From: Vicugna vicugna
Lineage: Eukaryota
Length of the DNA stretch: 64,000 nt
Assembly: GCA_013265495.1 (NCBI GenBank)
Contig: MU061904.1
Coordinates: 5,084,001-5,148,000 of the forward strand
Direction: 5' to 3'
The notes under the pieces were generated by a model. The model made no database searches and was not told the origin of the DNA. It worked only from the letters and a program-made list of their open reading frames with translations. The position numbers were made by a program, and so were the translations under genes. Positions within the stretch are counted from its first letter, which is position 1. Every line of letters begins with the position of its first letter. Shown piece by piece: positions 1 through 11,285 of the stretch.

Positions 1-1631
1 CTGCTCAGAGGCTGGCTCATCTTGCCCATCTCTGCCACCCCAGGACTGTTACAGCCCCAGGATATTCGACTTTTGCCCTGGCCCAGGGCTGAGGAATGAG
101 GGGTCAGAAGAAAGGGCAGGTTCAAGGAGCCAGACTCCTCTGGGCAAAGGAACTTTGGAGAGAAGACAGGCAGCCTCCAGAACCTCTCCTCTTCCCTTAA
201 TCCAAACCAGGTCTGCAAACTCGGCCTGGAGCAGGATGGAACCAGGCAGCAGGGCCCTCCACCCTCACCCTGTCCCAGCCAGAGGAAGAGGTAAAGGTGA
301 GAGAGAAGCAGGTACTGGGTCTGCAGCCCTGGCTCCCCAAAGATCCCAAGTACACCAGGGAAGCCAAGGCCTGGCTGAGGGGGTGGGGGAAAGTGCTGGG
401 GAGGGCGGTGTCTCCTGAAGCAGAGGCAGCAGTTGGGCTGGGGGACAGGGAGAGGGAGGGAAGGAGTCCGGAGGGGGGAAAATATGTAGGCTGAAGAAGG
501 GCTGGCACTTTAGCCAGGAGGCACATCTGTCTACTTCAGGGTTCTCAGGCAGGGGTGGAGTCGGCCCTCACCAGAGACCCCTCCTCCTGCTTCCCACCTG
601 TGCTGGGACAAATTTCAAGCCCACTTCCCAAAGCTCTTGGTTCTTTACGTCTGGGGGTAAGAGTAGGAGGTCACGGGAAGAGACAGATCCCTGGCACAGG
701 ACAGGCCACCCAAGCCTGTGCCTCCTCGTTACTCAGGCAACTCACAGCATTTTTGGACAACCCTCCTCTCCCAAAGCAGGCTGACCACAGCCCCCAGCCA
801 AGGAACCTGGAGGCAGGGAAGGCAGAGAGGGGGTGGCAGGGGTCCACCTGTGGTCAGCTCTCCAAGGGCATCCGGGAGACCAAGGTGTCTCCGCATGTCC
901 CAGTATGAGCTCTGGTGTATGTTGACAACCAAGGGGGTCAAAATGGGGGCGTCAGGTGATTGTGTGAGGGGGCCCTGCCTGCTTCCAGAGGAGCAAGGTG
1001 CCTTCTACGTGTTTGCTGCAGGGGCAGGGGGGCGGGGCACTCAAGTTCCATCTGGGAGGTCAGGAGGAAGGACAAGCTGCCACCGCAGGGTCTCTGGGGC
1101 GATGAGTCAAAGGCTGTGGTGGGGGGCTGGTGAGAGGGTAAATGGAGCTGGGTGTCCACACCCTGGCCTCTCTGCCTTCCCTGAGGGTCTCTGACAGGTA
1201 GCGGGGCGGGTGAGGGGCAGGAACGGAGGGGAGGGGTCCGGGTCATGGTGGGAGAGGGGAGTCGGGGTGCTCGGGCTGTAGCCGGGCCGCCAGCACGGTC
1301 TGGGGGAGATGGAGTTGGGAAAGTGCTCTGGGGAGATGCGGCGCAGAAGTCAGCGCAGGCGGCCGCGGGGCAGCTGGCGGCCGGGCGGAGGGGCCGGGGC
1401 GGCCAGGAAAGAGGCGCCTCGCCAGGGCTGGGGGAGTCGTCAGCTGTCTAAGCCGCCACCTCGGCCCCCCAGCCCAGGGCGCCCAACTCTCCAGGCCCTA
1501 CTCCCCCGAGGCTTGGGTTCCCGCCGCCCGCGGTCGCGGAGTTTCGCTCAAGTCGCGGCTGCCGCTGCCCCGACTCCGCGCCCGCAGCCCGCCCGCCGCC
1601 TCCCGGGGCCCCGGGGCCCCGCGGGTCTCAC

Positions 1632-1709
1632 CTGGGGGCGGGGGCCGGCCCTGCCCACCGCCCCGAGCAGCAGCAGCGCCAGGCGGAGCGGCCCGGGGGC
1701 GCCGGCCAT
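1632..1709 (-). CDS. GLP1R: Glucagon-like peptide 1 receptor, coding exon 1 (signal peptide MAGAPGPLRLALLLLGAVGRAGPRPQ); remaining exons lie beyond the left edge
   Basis: ATG at 1709-1707 in gccATGg context; 78 nt = 26 codons matching the recognised GLP1R N-terminus; CAG|gtgag donor at 1631-1630; position downstream of DNAH8 agrees with known mammalian synteny. Confidence 0.97.
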
Positions 1710-1719
1710 GGCGGGGTGC

Positions 1720-1734
1720 TCAGGACTGGGCCAT
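1720..1734 (-). promoter_or_regulatory. Upstream ORF ATG GCC CAG TCC TGA (MAQS*) in the GLP1R leader
   Basis: Minus strand reads ggcaggATGgcccagtccTGAgcaccccgccATG; A at -3 and G at +4; stop lies 10 nt before the main ATG. Confidence 0.7.
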
Positions 1735-2961
1735 CCTGCCACCTGCGGCGCGGCGCGGTCACTGAGCCCGGGCGGCGCGGGCGCCGGGGGAGGAGCCGCC
1801 GCGGGGCCGCCCCGCCCGCAGGAGGGGCCGCGCGGGTCCCTGGCTTTCCGCCCCCGCCGTCCGAGGCCCCTGGGCCGGCCCGTCCGGGGCCGGGCAGGAG
1901 GTCCCGGACACTGCGCCCCCGGCGGGCGCCGCTCGGGCTCGGGAAGCTCCGGAGCCGGGCCGCCGGCTTCCAGAGCCGCCCGACCCCCACTCGGACCTCC
2001 TCTCGGTTTCCCGGTAAGGGAAGCCAAACCACCCCCACCTGTCCAGGGTACCCCAAAGGAAGCAGGCCAGAGGGGCGCACGGGACTTGGCCAAGGTCACA
2101 CCGCCCGTCAGACCCCTTCTGGAAAGTGTAAATCCAAGAGCTGCGAGTGACTAGTCAGAAAGATCCACCGGCGGGGTTACCCTGTCCCCAAGTCCTCTCC
2201 TCTTTCCCAGGCTGTGTCCTGAACGCAGTCCTGGGACAGCCAAGGTTGAGGGGACAACGACAAATGGGTCAATGGAGCCCTACCGGCGGGTGTGTGTGTG
2301 TGTGTGTCTAGCTGTTACCCCCAGCTCTGAATCTCTGGGCTCTTATAACCTCTGCATCTGTGTGCTCAAGGCTGTCCTATGTGCCTGCTGCATCTTTTGT
2401 CTCTCTGCTTCGTGGCGACGCTGTATTTTACCTGCCTTCGTATCCACCCCCACCCCAACACAGTGCAGACCAGGGAGCAGGTATGGTTGGGACACAGATT
2501 CATCCTCAACCAGGCTGTGGGAAACAGTGCTAAGAAGGCACTGACTTTGTGTTCCCTAAAGGATTGAGGAGTCCCAATAGGAAAAGGGAATTACCACTGT
2601 CCCCCCGTCGTCCCCCCCCAAAAAAACAAAGTTTGATGTCACTGTTGGGAAGGAGGATGGCAGCAGTACTCAGGCCTGGACCTACCATGGGGCATGTCTG
2701 AACCATTCCAAAGGGAAAGGGAGTCTGTTGGAGCAGCTGCTCCTCAGGGAGAGAACAGAACTTTTCAGAACCCAGAGAGAGGTGGGATGTCTACAGGGAG
2801 GGGAGGAGGGGGAGGTGGGACAAGGCCTCTAGTGGGAGGAACCAGGGGCTCCCACTCAGCAAGAGAGATCTTCCTCTCCAGCAGCTCTACCTCCACTACG
2901 TAAGAGTCATTTATTTCCTCCTCTAACCAGAAGCCAGCCTACCAGTCACCTTATGTGCCAC

Positions 2962-3345
2962 TTAGGATTAGCCTGTTCAGCTGCGAGTGACAGAAAATCC
3001 CTAATAACAGTGGCATAACCAAGGGCTCTGTCATGTAAAGCAAGGCTGGAGGTTCATCCCAGGGCTAGAGCAGAGGCTCCCTGACCATCAGGGGGCTCTG
3101 GCTCTTCCAGCTTCCACTATTCTCATAGTTCAAGGATTCTACCTAATGATCCAAGGTAGCTGTTCCTGCTACGGCCGTGATTTTCAAATTCCACCTAGCA
3201 GGAAGGAGGAAAGGGAAGATGAGTGCACCTCCACCCAATGGACGCATCCTGAGAAAGGCACTTGTCAGTTCCACATCCAATGGTCAGCACTCAGACACGT
3301 AGGTACACTTAGCTTTGAAGGAGATTGGGAGAGTATACTTTATTC
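2962..3345 (-). mobile_element. Old MaLR LTR fragment (MLT1J/K-like)
   Basis: Recognised MLT1J/K-type segments (gttcagctgcgagtgacagaaaatccc; catccaatggtcagcactcagacacgtagg); subfamily from recall. Confidence 0.55.
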
Positions 3346-3394
3346 CAAACAGTCACTGGCAAGGTTAAATATTAGGGCTTTTATTACTCTAGCA

Positions 3395-3552
3395 NNNNNN
3401 NNNNNNNNNNNNNNNNNNNNNNNNNNNNNNNNNNNNNNNNNNNNNNNNNNNNNNNNNNNNNNNNNNNNNNNNNNNNNNNNNNNNNNNNNNNNNNNNNNNN
3501 NNNNNNNNNNNNNNNNNNNNNNNNNNNNNNNNNNNNNNNNNNNNNNNNNNNN
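3395..3552. other. Assembly gap (158 N)
   Basis: Run of n. Confidence 1.
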
Positions 3553-5199
3553 GGCTCTGCTACATCAGGGTTGAAGGTTGCAGAGAGGAAAATAAGGGGC
3601 TAGAGAAAGTATCCAGACAGAACTGACCCTTTACCATGAACTTATCAACCTCCAAATTACATTTACTCTATAAAAAATCTATAAAAAAATTGAACACCTG
3701 CCGTGAGCCACACACTGAACTAGGTCCTGGGGATAAAGTGATGATGCAGTCTCTGTCGTCGGAGGGATTACATTCTAATGCAGGAAGGAGACATTAAACA
3801 AGTAATTATTGGAGCCATTCATATTACAATTACAGTTGTGATCAGCACTCTTGGGATAAGCAGGTGCTGTTGAGGTCCTGCCTCAGTACTTGAAAGGCCA
3901 CTTTCTCTCTGCTGGAGGCAGGGGCAGGAGGGTGGCCTTCTCTGGCTGGGGGGAGATTTTTGTGTTCAGTTAGTGCAGGGTGGGTACCTTTTGCATGGAT
4001 GGGTAGGAGTGGATGGATAAATACCCTAGCTTCTCACCCCTTGGGTGGGACAACTCAGAGGCATGTACCACAGTCTCCCAAAGGTGCCAGTGCAGTGGGC
4101 CCCAGTTTTCCAGAGCAGTGACCTGCTCAATAATGCACCCACTTCCCTGGCCTGTCTCACTTTCCAACAGTAGGGGACTAGTGCCTCCCCGGGGGCACCT
4201 CCCAAATAAAAACAAACTACTCGTGCTTAAACCCTTGCTGGGAGAGCACAGCTGAAGACAGTGGACAGATGAGAGTACTCAGGGATGGGGCCAGCCCCCT
4301 GAGCCCAGAGGCATTTGGGTGGCAGATTATTTACCTCCCCTTTGAATACGGGGTCCAAAACCTCTGGGTTTGCTCTGATTCTACAACTCATCTCAGCATG
4401 TACCGTCGTGGATTCTGTCTCCTCATCAGGTGTTCAGCTTTGGCAGATGCCTCCCCCACCCCCCAAGTACTGTCTCTGGGTGTGATGGATGACATTAGGT
4501 GCTGTGCTCTGGTGCTTCCATGCATGTGCCCTGCAGCTGCTGGGAGGTTGTGTATTAGACGAGGGGAGGATTTGTCTCCTCATCTTGTGAGGTACGTTAA
4601 GTTTCAGAGTAGGTCCAAAGTCCGATTCCCTTTTTTTTTTTCAAACAACTTAACTTCTCTCCCTCCTGCCTTATCCAGTCCCCTAGAGGATTAGCTTTCT
4701 CAAACCCTTATCTGACCTCATCCCTGAGCCCATCCATTGGTTTCCCATCACCCAGGACCAAGTCCTCCAAACTTGTTAGCATCTAAGAAAGCTGTTTGGA
4801 CTGCTTTCAGCTTACCTCCCAACAGGCCCTCTTGCAAGTGCTTCCTTCCACCTCTTTGCTTTTGCACAAGCAGTCCCCTCAGTCTGAAGTGTCCTCACCC
4901 ACCTCACCTGCGTGAGATCCTACTCATGCTGCAGGACCCAGCTCAGGCAGCCTCGTCTTAGAAAACTCCCTGCGTCACCCCGGCCCCTCAACATCCCTTC
5001 AAGGCAGCGTAGATCCTCTTATCAGCAGTAAGAGCCTTGGAAGTCCCCCCTAAACACGGCTGTCCTCCAGGATTCCCCAATTTCTGCCCACCCTTAGAGC
5101 CTCAGTCAAGAAGTCACCCCACCTGGAAACTTTCTATGATTGCCACCCCCACCCCAGTTCCTCAGTCCCTCAGTCGCTTTTGCCATCTGGGCACTTGGG

Positions 5200-5580
5200 A
5201 ACCCTCTTGAAAGTTGCTGGTTAATTTCTCGGTTTCCCCATAGACTCTGAGCCCCTTGAGGACAGGGGTCTCGTTCCACTCATCTCTATACCCACAGCAC
5301 CCTGTGTAGTGCTTGGCTCATACTAGGTGCTCAGTGACTCTGGCTTAAAATAACAAATGAAATGTATTGTAGCACTCACCATGTTCTGTCACTGTCTTTA
5401 TGACTTTCCCTCATTAGACTGTGAGCTAGCTCCCTGAGGGAAGGGAGGTTTCCTCATTCATCTCTGGACATCCAGTGGCAGCACAGTACCCGGCACATAG
5501 TAGGTAAAATATAATGTTTATTGCAATTGAAACACATCAGTCCAAGTGCCCATACATTGTAGGTGCTCAAAACCTTATCA
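5200..5580 (+). mobile_element. Cluster of L2 LINE 3'-end fragments
   Basis: Repeated L2 terminal motifs (agactctgagccccttgaggacagggg; gcacatagtaggt; gtaggtgctcaaaa). Confidence 0.6.
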
Positions 5581-5676
5581 TAAGAAGGATGGGCTGGGAG
5601 AGAGGACAGATGATGTCCGAGGAGTACCATCCTCTCCTCTCCCCACACTGTTATGAGGGTCCCCTCGCTCAGGCCC

Positions 5677-6037
5677 TGCAACGGTCTGAATGTCTGTGTT
5701 CCTTCAAATTCATATGTTGAAATCCTGCCCCTCAAGGTGACGATATTTAGAGGGGGGTCTTTGGGAACTGATTAGGTGATGATAGCAGAGACCTAGTGAT
5801 TGGCATCGATGCCCTTATAAAAGAGACCCCAGAGGACTCCCTCCTCCCTTCTACCATGTGGGGACACACAGAAAAAAATTGTCATCGATGAACGGGGAAG
5901 CGGGCTCCCACCAGACACCAAATCTACTGGTGTCAGGATCTTGGACTTTAAGTCTCCAGAACTGTGAGAAATAAATGTTTGTTTATAAGCCACCATGTCT
6001 CTGATACTTTGTTACAGCAGCCCAGTGGACCAAGACA
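5677..6037 (+). mobile_element. Solo MaLR LTR (MLT1A-like)
   Basis: Starts tgcaacggtctgaatg, ends ccaagaca; contains ccagaactgtgagaaataaatgtttgtttataagccacc, typical of MLT1A. Confidence 0.85.
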
Positions 6038-6794
6038 AGTCCCCTAGATCAGAGGGCAGGAAGAGCTCCCTAGGAACCGGGAGCTGAGGAGATGGAACAC
6101 TGCTTGCTAGACTAACACTAACCATGAACCAAAAAAAAAAGCTACCCCGTACTGAGCTCCCACTCTGGGCCAGGTGCTGGCATTCATCCCAGGTCCACCG
6201 GCCCCCAAGGCTGGTGCAGGAGAGGGTACAGGCTTCCTCCGCAGCCCAGAGTTCTGGGTCCGGCTCCTTACCCTCATGCCCAAAGCTTTTCCTGTGGCCG
6301 TAAAGTGGGGTACCCTCAGCTTCCACTAAGAAAACTTGGCTTTCAGATCATCTTCAGAAATGGGACTGGGAGTAACTGATGTAAGCACTGGAGGAAACGA
6401 TGCTGCAAGGCCCCGAACCTATGGAGACAGACCCCAGAGCAGGCCACCCTACTCCTTTGTCCCTGGCTGCGGGGAACCTCTCCTTGGTAGGAAGACCTGC
6501 CAATGGGCAGAACAGAGTCTTTCATGTGGAAGAGGGGGAGGAGGAGAGGAGTGGGGGGAGAAAAGAGGAGAGGTGGGGAGAGGAGAAAGAGCTGCTAAAA
6601 AGGACAGGTATCTCTTGTCTATATAGTTCAGGTTCCTTCCCAAGCTCCAAGATCCTAAGAAGCTCAAGACCATATCCCTCTTATGAGGGACCAGCTGAGG
6701 AAAGAGCCAATGTCTTCTAGCCTAGTATAAATACACGTGTACACACACACACACATACGCACGCACACAGCTACGCCCAGATCTTAGGCCCTGT

Positions 6795-6965
6795 CAGTCT
6801 TGGGTTCAGATCCAGCTCAGTCACTCACGGAACATTTCTGAGCCTTGGTCTCACAATCTGTAAAATGGGGATAATAATAAAGGCCAACATTTACTATGCA
6901 CTTGCCTTGAGCCGGGCAGTGTTCCAGGAGCCATGTGAGTGTTTTTCCATTTAATGCTCACCATT
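6795..6965. mobile_element. MIR SINE fragments
   Basis: MIR core gggttcagatccagctc...ctgtaaaatggggataataata followed by an oppositely oriented MIR piece. Confidence 0.65.
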
Positions 6966-8249
6966 GCTCTTGCCTGGTCGTCGCCAGGAGAGTCTGAAGA
7001 CCTGCTGCTGGGGTAAGGCAGAGAACGCAGGAGTGGGCCCCGGAATCCCTCTTCCGCCTGGAGCCAGGGGAACGTGGCTGCCAGCAGTTCTCAGTGGTGG
7101 AGGAGTGTGGTGGGGGGATGTCCCTGGGGCCAAGGGCTCCACCCCTCTGCCTCCTGCTTCTCTTCTCAGACCCTGCCCTCTGCCCCCTGACCCAGCACTT
7201 CTGGGAGCAACCCTGGGTTGTGAAGTGGGATCATTTTTATCTCTATTTTATAAATGAAGATCCCAAAGAGTAAAGCAGTGAAGGAACTAGCACAAGATAG
7301 GTCTAGAGAGCCCAAGAGAGCTTGGATGTGACCCACCCAGACCCACACACTGATGGCAGGACTGCTGGACAATCAGAAGCAGCACTCACCCAGAATCTGG
7401 CACTAAGTCCTCGGTAGGTGGCAGCGTTAACACCACTGTTATTCTCCAGGGCCCTCCATCTTCCTGGTTGTCACTGCATCAGCTGTGCCAGGTCTCAGCA
7501 AGGCAGCAGGTACCGCTGCTAATTCCCAGGGGCTCCAGCTCAGTCCATCTCTTCCTGGTCCAGGTGGCTCCAGCCCAATCCCCCAGGTCTGGGGGAGGGA
7601 GGAGGCTGGCTGGACAAAAGAGACCCTTCCCCCTGTGCAGTGCCATGATCGCTGCCCACACCTCCCCACCTCCAATCCAGCTAGTTTCCCAGGTGCTGGG
7701 TCCTGTTCAGCTCCGGGCAGTCAGCTGGGGAGGATTTATAGCCTCTTGAGCTACAGTGATTATTGCTCTCTTGGGCGGATGCAGCTCCAAGTGTCACAGC
7801 ATCGTTCTCGTAACTGACTCCTCTGTTGAAAGAGAAGTCAATGGGGATCACTCCCACTTTACAGGGAGGGGAACTGAATCCCAACCAGAGTCAGAGGATT
7901 TGCTTGAGGTCACTTAGCAAAGTGCTGGCAGGTTCTGTGCACCCGCGGAGCAAGAAAGAGAAAACAGTGAGGTGAAAACAGCAAAATCGGTCTCTCTTCT
8001 CCACTGGGGGATTCTGGCCAGAAATGACTGGGCCTCCCTCCACCTCCCCTGGGAGGGATTAGTGTCAGCAGTGGGGACGAGGTGAGAGAAAACCCCGGGG
8101 AGGGAGAGAGCCGTTGGGAGAGGCGCTTGGTCTGAGAGGTAGGTAGAATCAGCGAGGGGGCAGGCGTTGCCCTAAGAGCCATCTGCTCTCTTTCTTTTAA
8201 CAAGAAGATTGTGTGGCAGAGCTGGCTGAATGCTCCCCAAATCCGAGCA

Positions 8250-8389
8250 NNNNNNNNNNNNNNNNNNNNNNNNNNNNNNNNNNNNNNNNNNNNNNNNNNN
8301 NNNNNNNNNNNNNNNNNNNNNNNNNNNNNNNNNNNNNNNNNNNNNNNNNNNNNNNNNNNNNNNNNNNNNNNNNNNNNNNNNNNNNNNNN
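8250..8389. other. Assembly gap (140 N)
   Basis: Run of n. Confidence 1.
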
Positions 8390-8682
8390 TCCACGACTCT
8401 CTCCGAGCTTCTGGTAGCCTCAGGCGTCCTTGGCTTGTAGATAGATGGCATTGTCCCTGTGTCTTCACATCCCCTTCCCTCTGTGCCTGTCTCTCTGTGT
8501 CCCAAGTTTCCCTTTTGTATAAGGATGTCAGTCATACTGGATTAGGGCCCACCCTTATGACCTCATTTTCACTTGATTACCTCTGTAAAGACCCTATTTC
8601 CAAACAAGGTCACATTCTAGGGTACTGAGAGTTAGGACTTGAAGATATTTTTTGTGGGGGGGGCACAATTCAACCCGTAACA
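8390..8682 (-). mobile_element. MaLR LTR (MLT1B/C-like), cut by the gap
   Basis: ggattagggcccacccttatgacctcatttt...caaggtcacattct...caattcaacccgtaaca is the reverse complement of the MLT1 LTR 5' half. Confidence 0.85.
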
Positions 8683-8691
8683 CACAGAGAC

Positions 8692-9005
8692 CACATTTCC
8701 CAGCCTCCCTTGATGTTTAGTTTGGCCGGTGGATCATGGAGGAAAGTGGTATAGGCCCCCTCCGGGCTTGGTCCATATGACCTCCTACACAATCCTCGAC
8801 ACCCTCCCCTCCTCCACTTACCAGTCAGATGCAGATGATCCAGTGGAGAACTCCCGGCCCTGCGACTGGAACCACAGGACAGAAGGAGCCTGGATCCCTG
8901 AATGACTGTGGGGAGCAGAGTTTCCTGCTGACCTACACTGGACTGTCTCGTGTTAAGCCACTGAGATTCAGGAGCTACCTGTCCCTGCAGTTAGTCTACC
9001 CTGCC
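8692..9005 (+). mobile_element. Old MaLR LTR fragment (MLT1J/K-like)
   Basis: cacatttcccagcctcccttg...ggagcctggatccctgaatgactgtggggagcagag...gttaagccactgagatt. Confidence 0.55.
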
Positions 9006-10502
9006 AGACACAGCTGGTGTGTGCCCCTGGGGGAAGAGGCTTCTGAAGGTCCCCTCTGTCGCTGCCTGAGAGCAAGTGACTGAGACCCCTCCCTCTGGGC
9101 CCGTCTCCTCCTCCCCTTTGTCGGGGTGGTGATCCCCTTCACCCCTGGCTGTTCCCACCTGTTTGCCTTTTCTCTGGAGAGAAGATGGTTAGGACCGAAC
9201 CCACACTGCCCCTTCACAGAATTAAAGCTCTGCAGTCAAAGAGGAAACGTGCCACATTTCACACGTTTGGAAACCAGGTGAAAAGGAGGCATCATGCAGG
9301 TCTTCTCATTGTGGTCTTTCAGTGCCTCAAGGTGGCTGAGAAACCCACTGTGACCAAGATGAAAAATGAAACCATCAACCAAAGTCTAAAATAAAAGGTG
9401 TCCCCAGAGTGACATGCTGACAGCCCACCTGCAACAGCCTCTGTCTTAGAAAATCTCCCCAGCCGCACCCCCACCCTTCCCCCCAGCTGTAGCATCCTTC
9501 AGACAGGCCAAGGCAGGAAATGCTCTGCCGAGGAGCCTGCAGGACCCCAGAAGTTCTCTCCAAATAGAATGGCTCTGAGCTGGGGTGGGGAAGCTGTCCC
9601 TGGCTTTCAGGAGTCAGGATCACCTCCATGGCTGAGTCAAGGTCACTGTAAAACCTGTCAGAGTCCCCCAAGGCAGGGAAGGACAGATGGGATCCTGGCA
9701 ATGGCCTGACTCTTGCCCGGAGCCTTCTAAATTGCACTCTCTCTGACACACTCAGGCTGGACAAAACCATCTCCGTAGGGTCCTCATAAAAGGAATGTGG
9801 GACCCACTCACTCCCTTCTCTTGAATAATAGAAAACAAATGCAAAATGGAAAATCTGAAAGTTTCTGGGCCAGCTCCTTCCAGCAACCTGCACCACCACG
9901 CCCCACTCTTGGAATGCAGACTCAAGGGTAAGCTGCATCCACCCTGGACCTCACCGGTCACACGTGGTGTCCAGCCATCGAGGCCTGCAGGACTGTGAGT
10001 TGTCTCCTGCATCTCCACCGGATCATAGCCTAGCAGTTTCCACTCCCTTCTCTGGTCATTTCTCTCAGCCCCATCTGACTAGTGATGTGGTAACATTTCA
10101 GAATTCAAGACTGGCCTGTGGTTGGGGGGAGCTCAGGGTCTCTCTCTGTTGTTGTGGCCTGACCTCTAGCCCTGATCTCAAGTGGACCCGCAGCTGTGCC
10201 CAGCAGGGGACATTTTCCAGGGACCCAGTCTATTTCATTATTTCCCCTCCCAAGGCCAACCAAGAGTCACTTCCTTCCCTGTCCTGAAAGCTCTCACTCT
10301 CTATGCACTCAGTGATGCTCTGGTTTCTGGCTCATTTGCCAAACGGGATGGCAAACAAAGCTGATGAACTGACTGGGCACCTGATGGCACAGCTCTCCAG
10401 CCCCCAGCTGGCCAGGTGCTCTCAGGGGGAGCTCCTCAGGGGAGCGGGCTCACAGAGTTGATTTCAAGAATGGCCGTTTTGCCATATAAAAAGGCACAAA
10501 CA

Positions 10503-11285
10503 CTTCTCGGAGACAAAAGCTGATGCTGGTGCTGCGAGAGGGGCTGGAGGCCCCAGGGGTCCTGGAACAGGAGGCCATGGAGGCTCTGGCAGCAGCTGGG
10601 CTGAGCTCTCAGCTATGGTCAATACCAGGGCTAAGGCCCCAGAACTCGTGGAGGCAAACTGAGGACAGGAGTGTGTCCCCATCATCAAACCACGTTGCTC
10701 GGGTCCAGGACAAGAAGATCAAGTCTCTCCTCTCTGCCCATCAAGGGGATAGAGATCATTAACAGTTTTCTAGGGATGTCCCCCTCAAGGACGAGGTTCT
10801 GAAGATCATGCCTGTGCAAAAGCAGACCTAGGCGGGCCAGCAGACCAGGTCCAAGGCGATTGTAGCCATCAGGGACTGCAACAGTTGTGTCGGCCTGGAT
10901 GTCAAACAGCACAAGAAGGCACCCATCATCATCCGCAGAGTCTTAACCCTGCCTGCAGTCTTGGTAATCCTGGTGCGGTGGGACTTGCAGTGGGACCCCC
11001 GGTGGAATGAGATCAGCAAGCCCTGCATGGTTGACACAACGCTGAGGCTCGGTGCTAATGTGCCTCATCCCTGCCTGCCTGCCAGCCCGGGCACTGTATC
11101 CACCCCTGTCTGCCAGCTCTGCCAGCTCTGCCGAGGCCACTTCCAAGACCCATAGCTCTGACCTCTGGAAAGACACTGTTCCCCACGTCTCCCCATCCGG
11201 AACTCACTGACCCACACCAGAGTATCCAAGGGTGGCCACCGCAGGGTGCTTTGATACAAGAAAAAAAATCAGTGAATTAAACATG
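10503..11285 (+). pseudogene. RPS2: Processed pseudogene of 40S ribosomal protein S2 (uS5)
   Basis: Intronless and collinear with RPS2 mRNA as recalled: pyrimidine 5' end (cttctcggagacaaaa), DAGAA..GGPGG-like start, KIKSL, [53 protein letters not shown], and a 3' UTR-like tacaagaaaaaaaatcagtgaattaa. Start ATG lost, in-frame TAG near 10829, many deletions. Confidence 0.9.

Larger units (their letters stand above)
1200..2200. promoter_or_regulatory. GLP1R: CpG island / TATA-less GC-box promoter of GLP1R
   Basis: Very GC- and CpG-dense stretch spanning exon 1, with several GGGCGG/CCGCCC boxes; boundaries approximate. Confidence 0.9.

Noticed and set aside
1309-2154. 281-aa plus-strand ORF and overlapping 140-180-aa ORFs over the CpG island
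   Set aside because: Gly/Pro/Arg/Ala-rich with no recognisable domain; long ORFs are expected in very GC-rich DNA. Only the 26-codon GLP1R exon has splice and homology support
3146-3574. ORFs running through N gaps (also 8172-8628)
   Set aside because: Length is inflated by X residues; the flanks are MLT1 sequence
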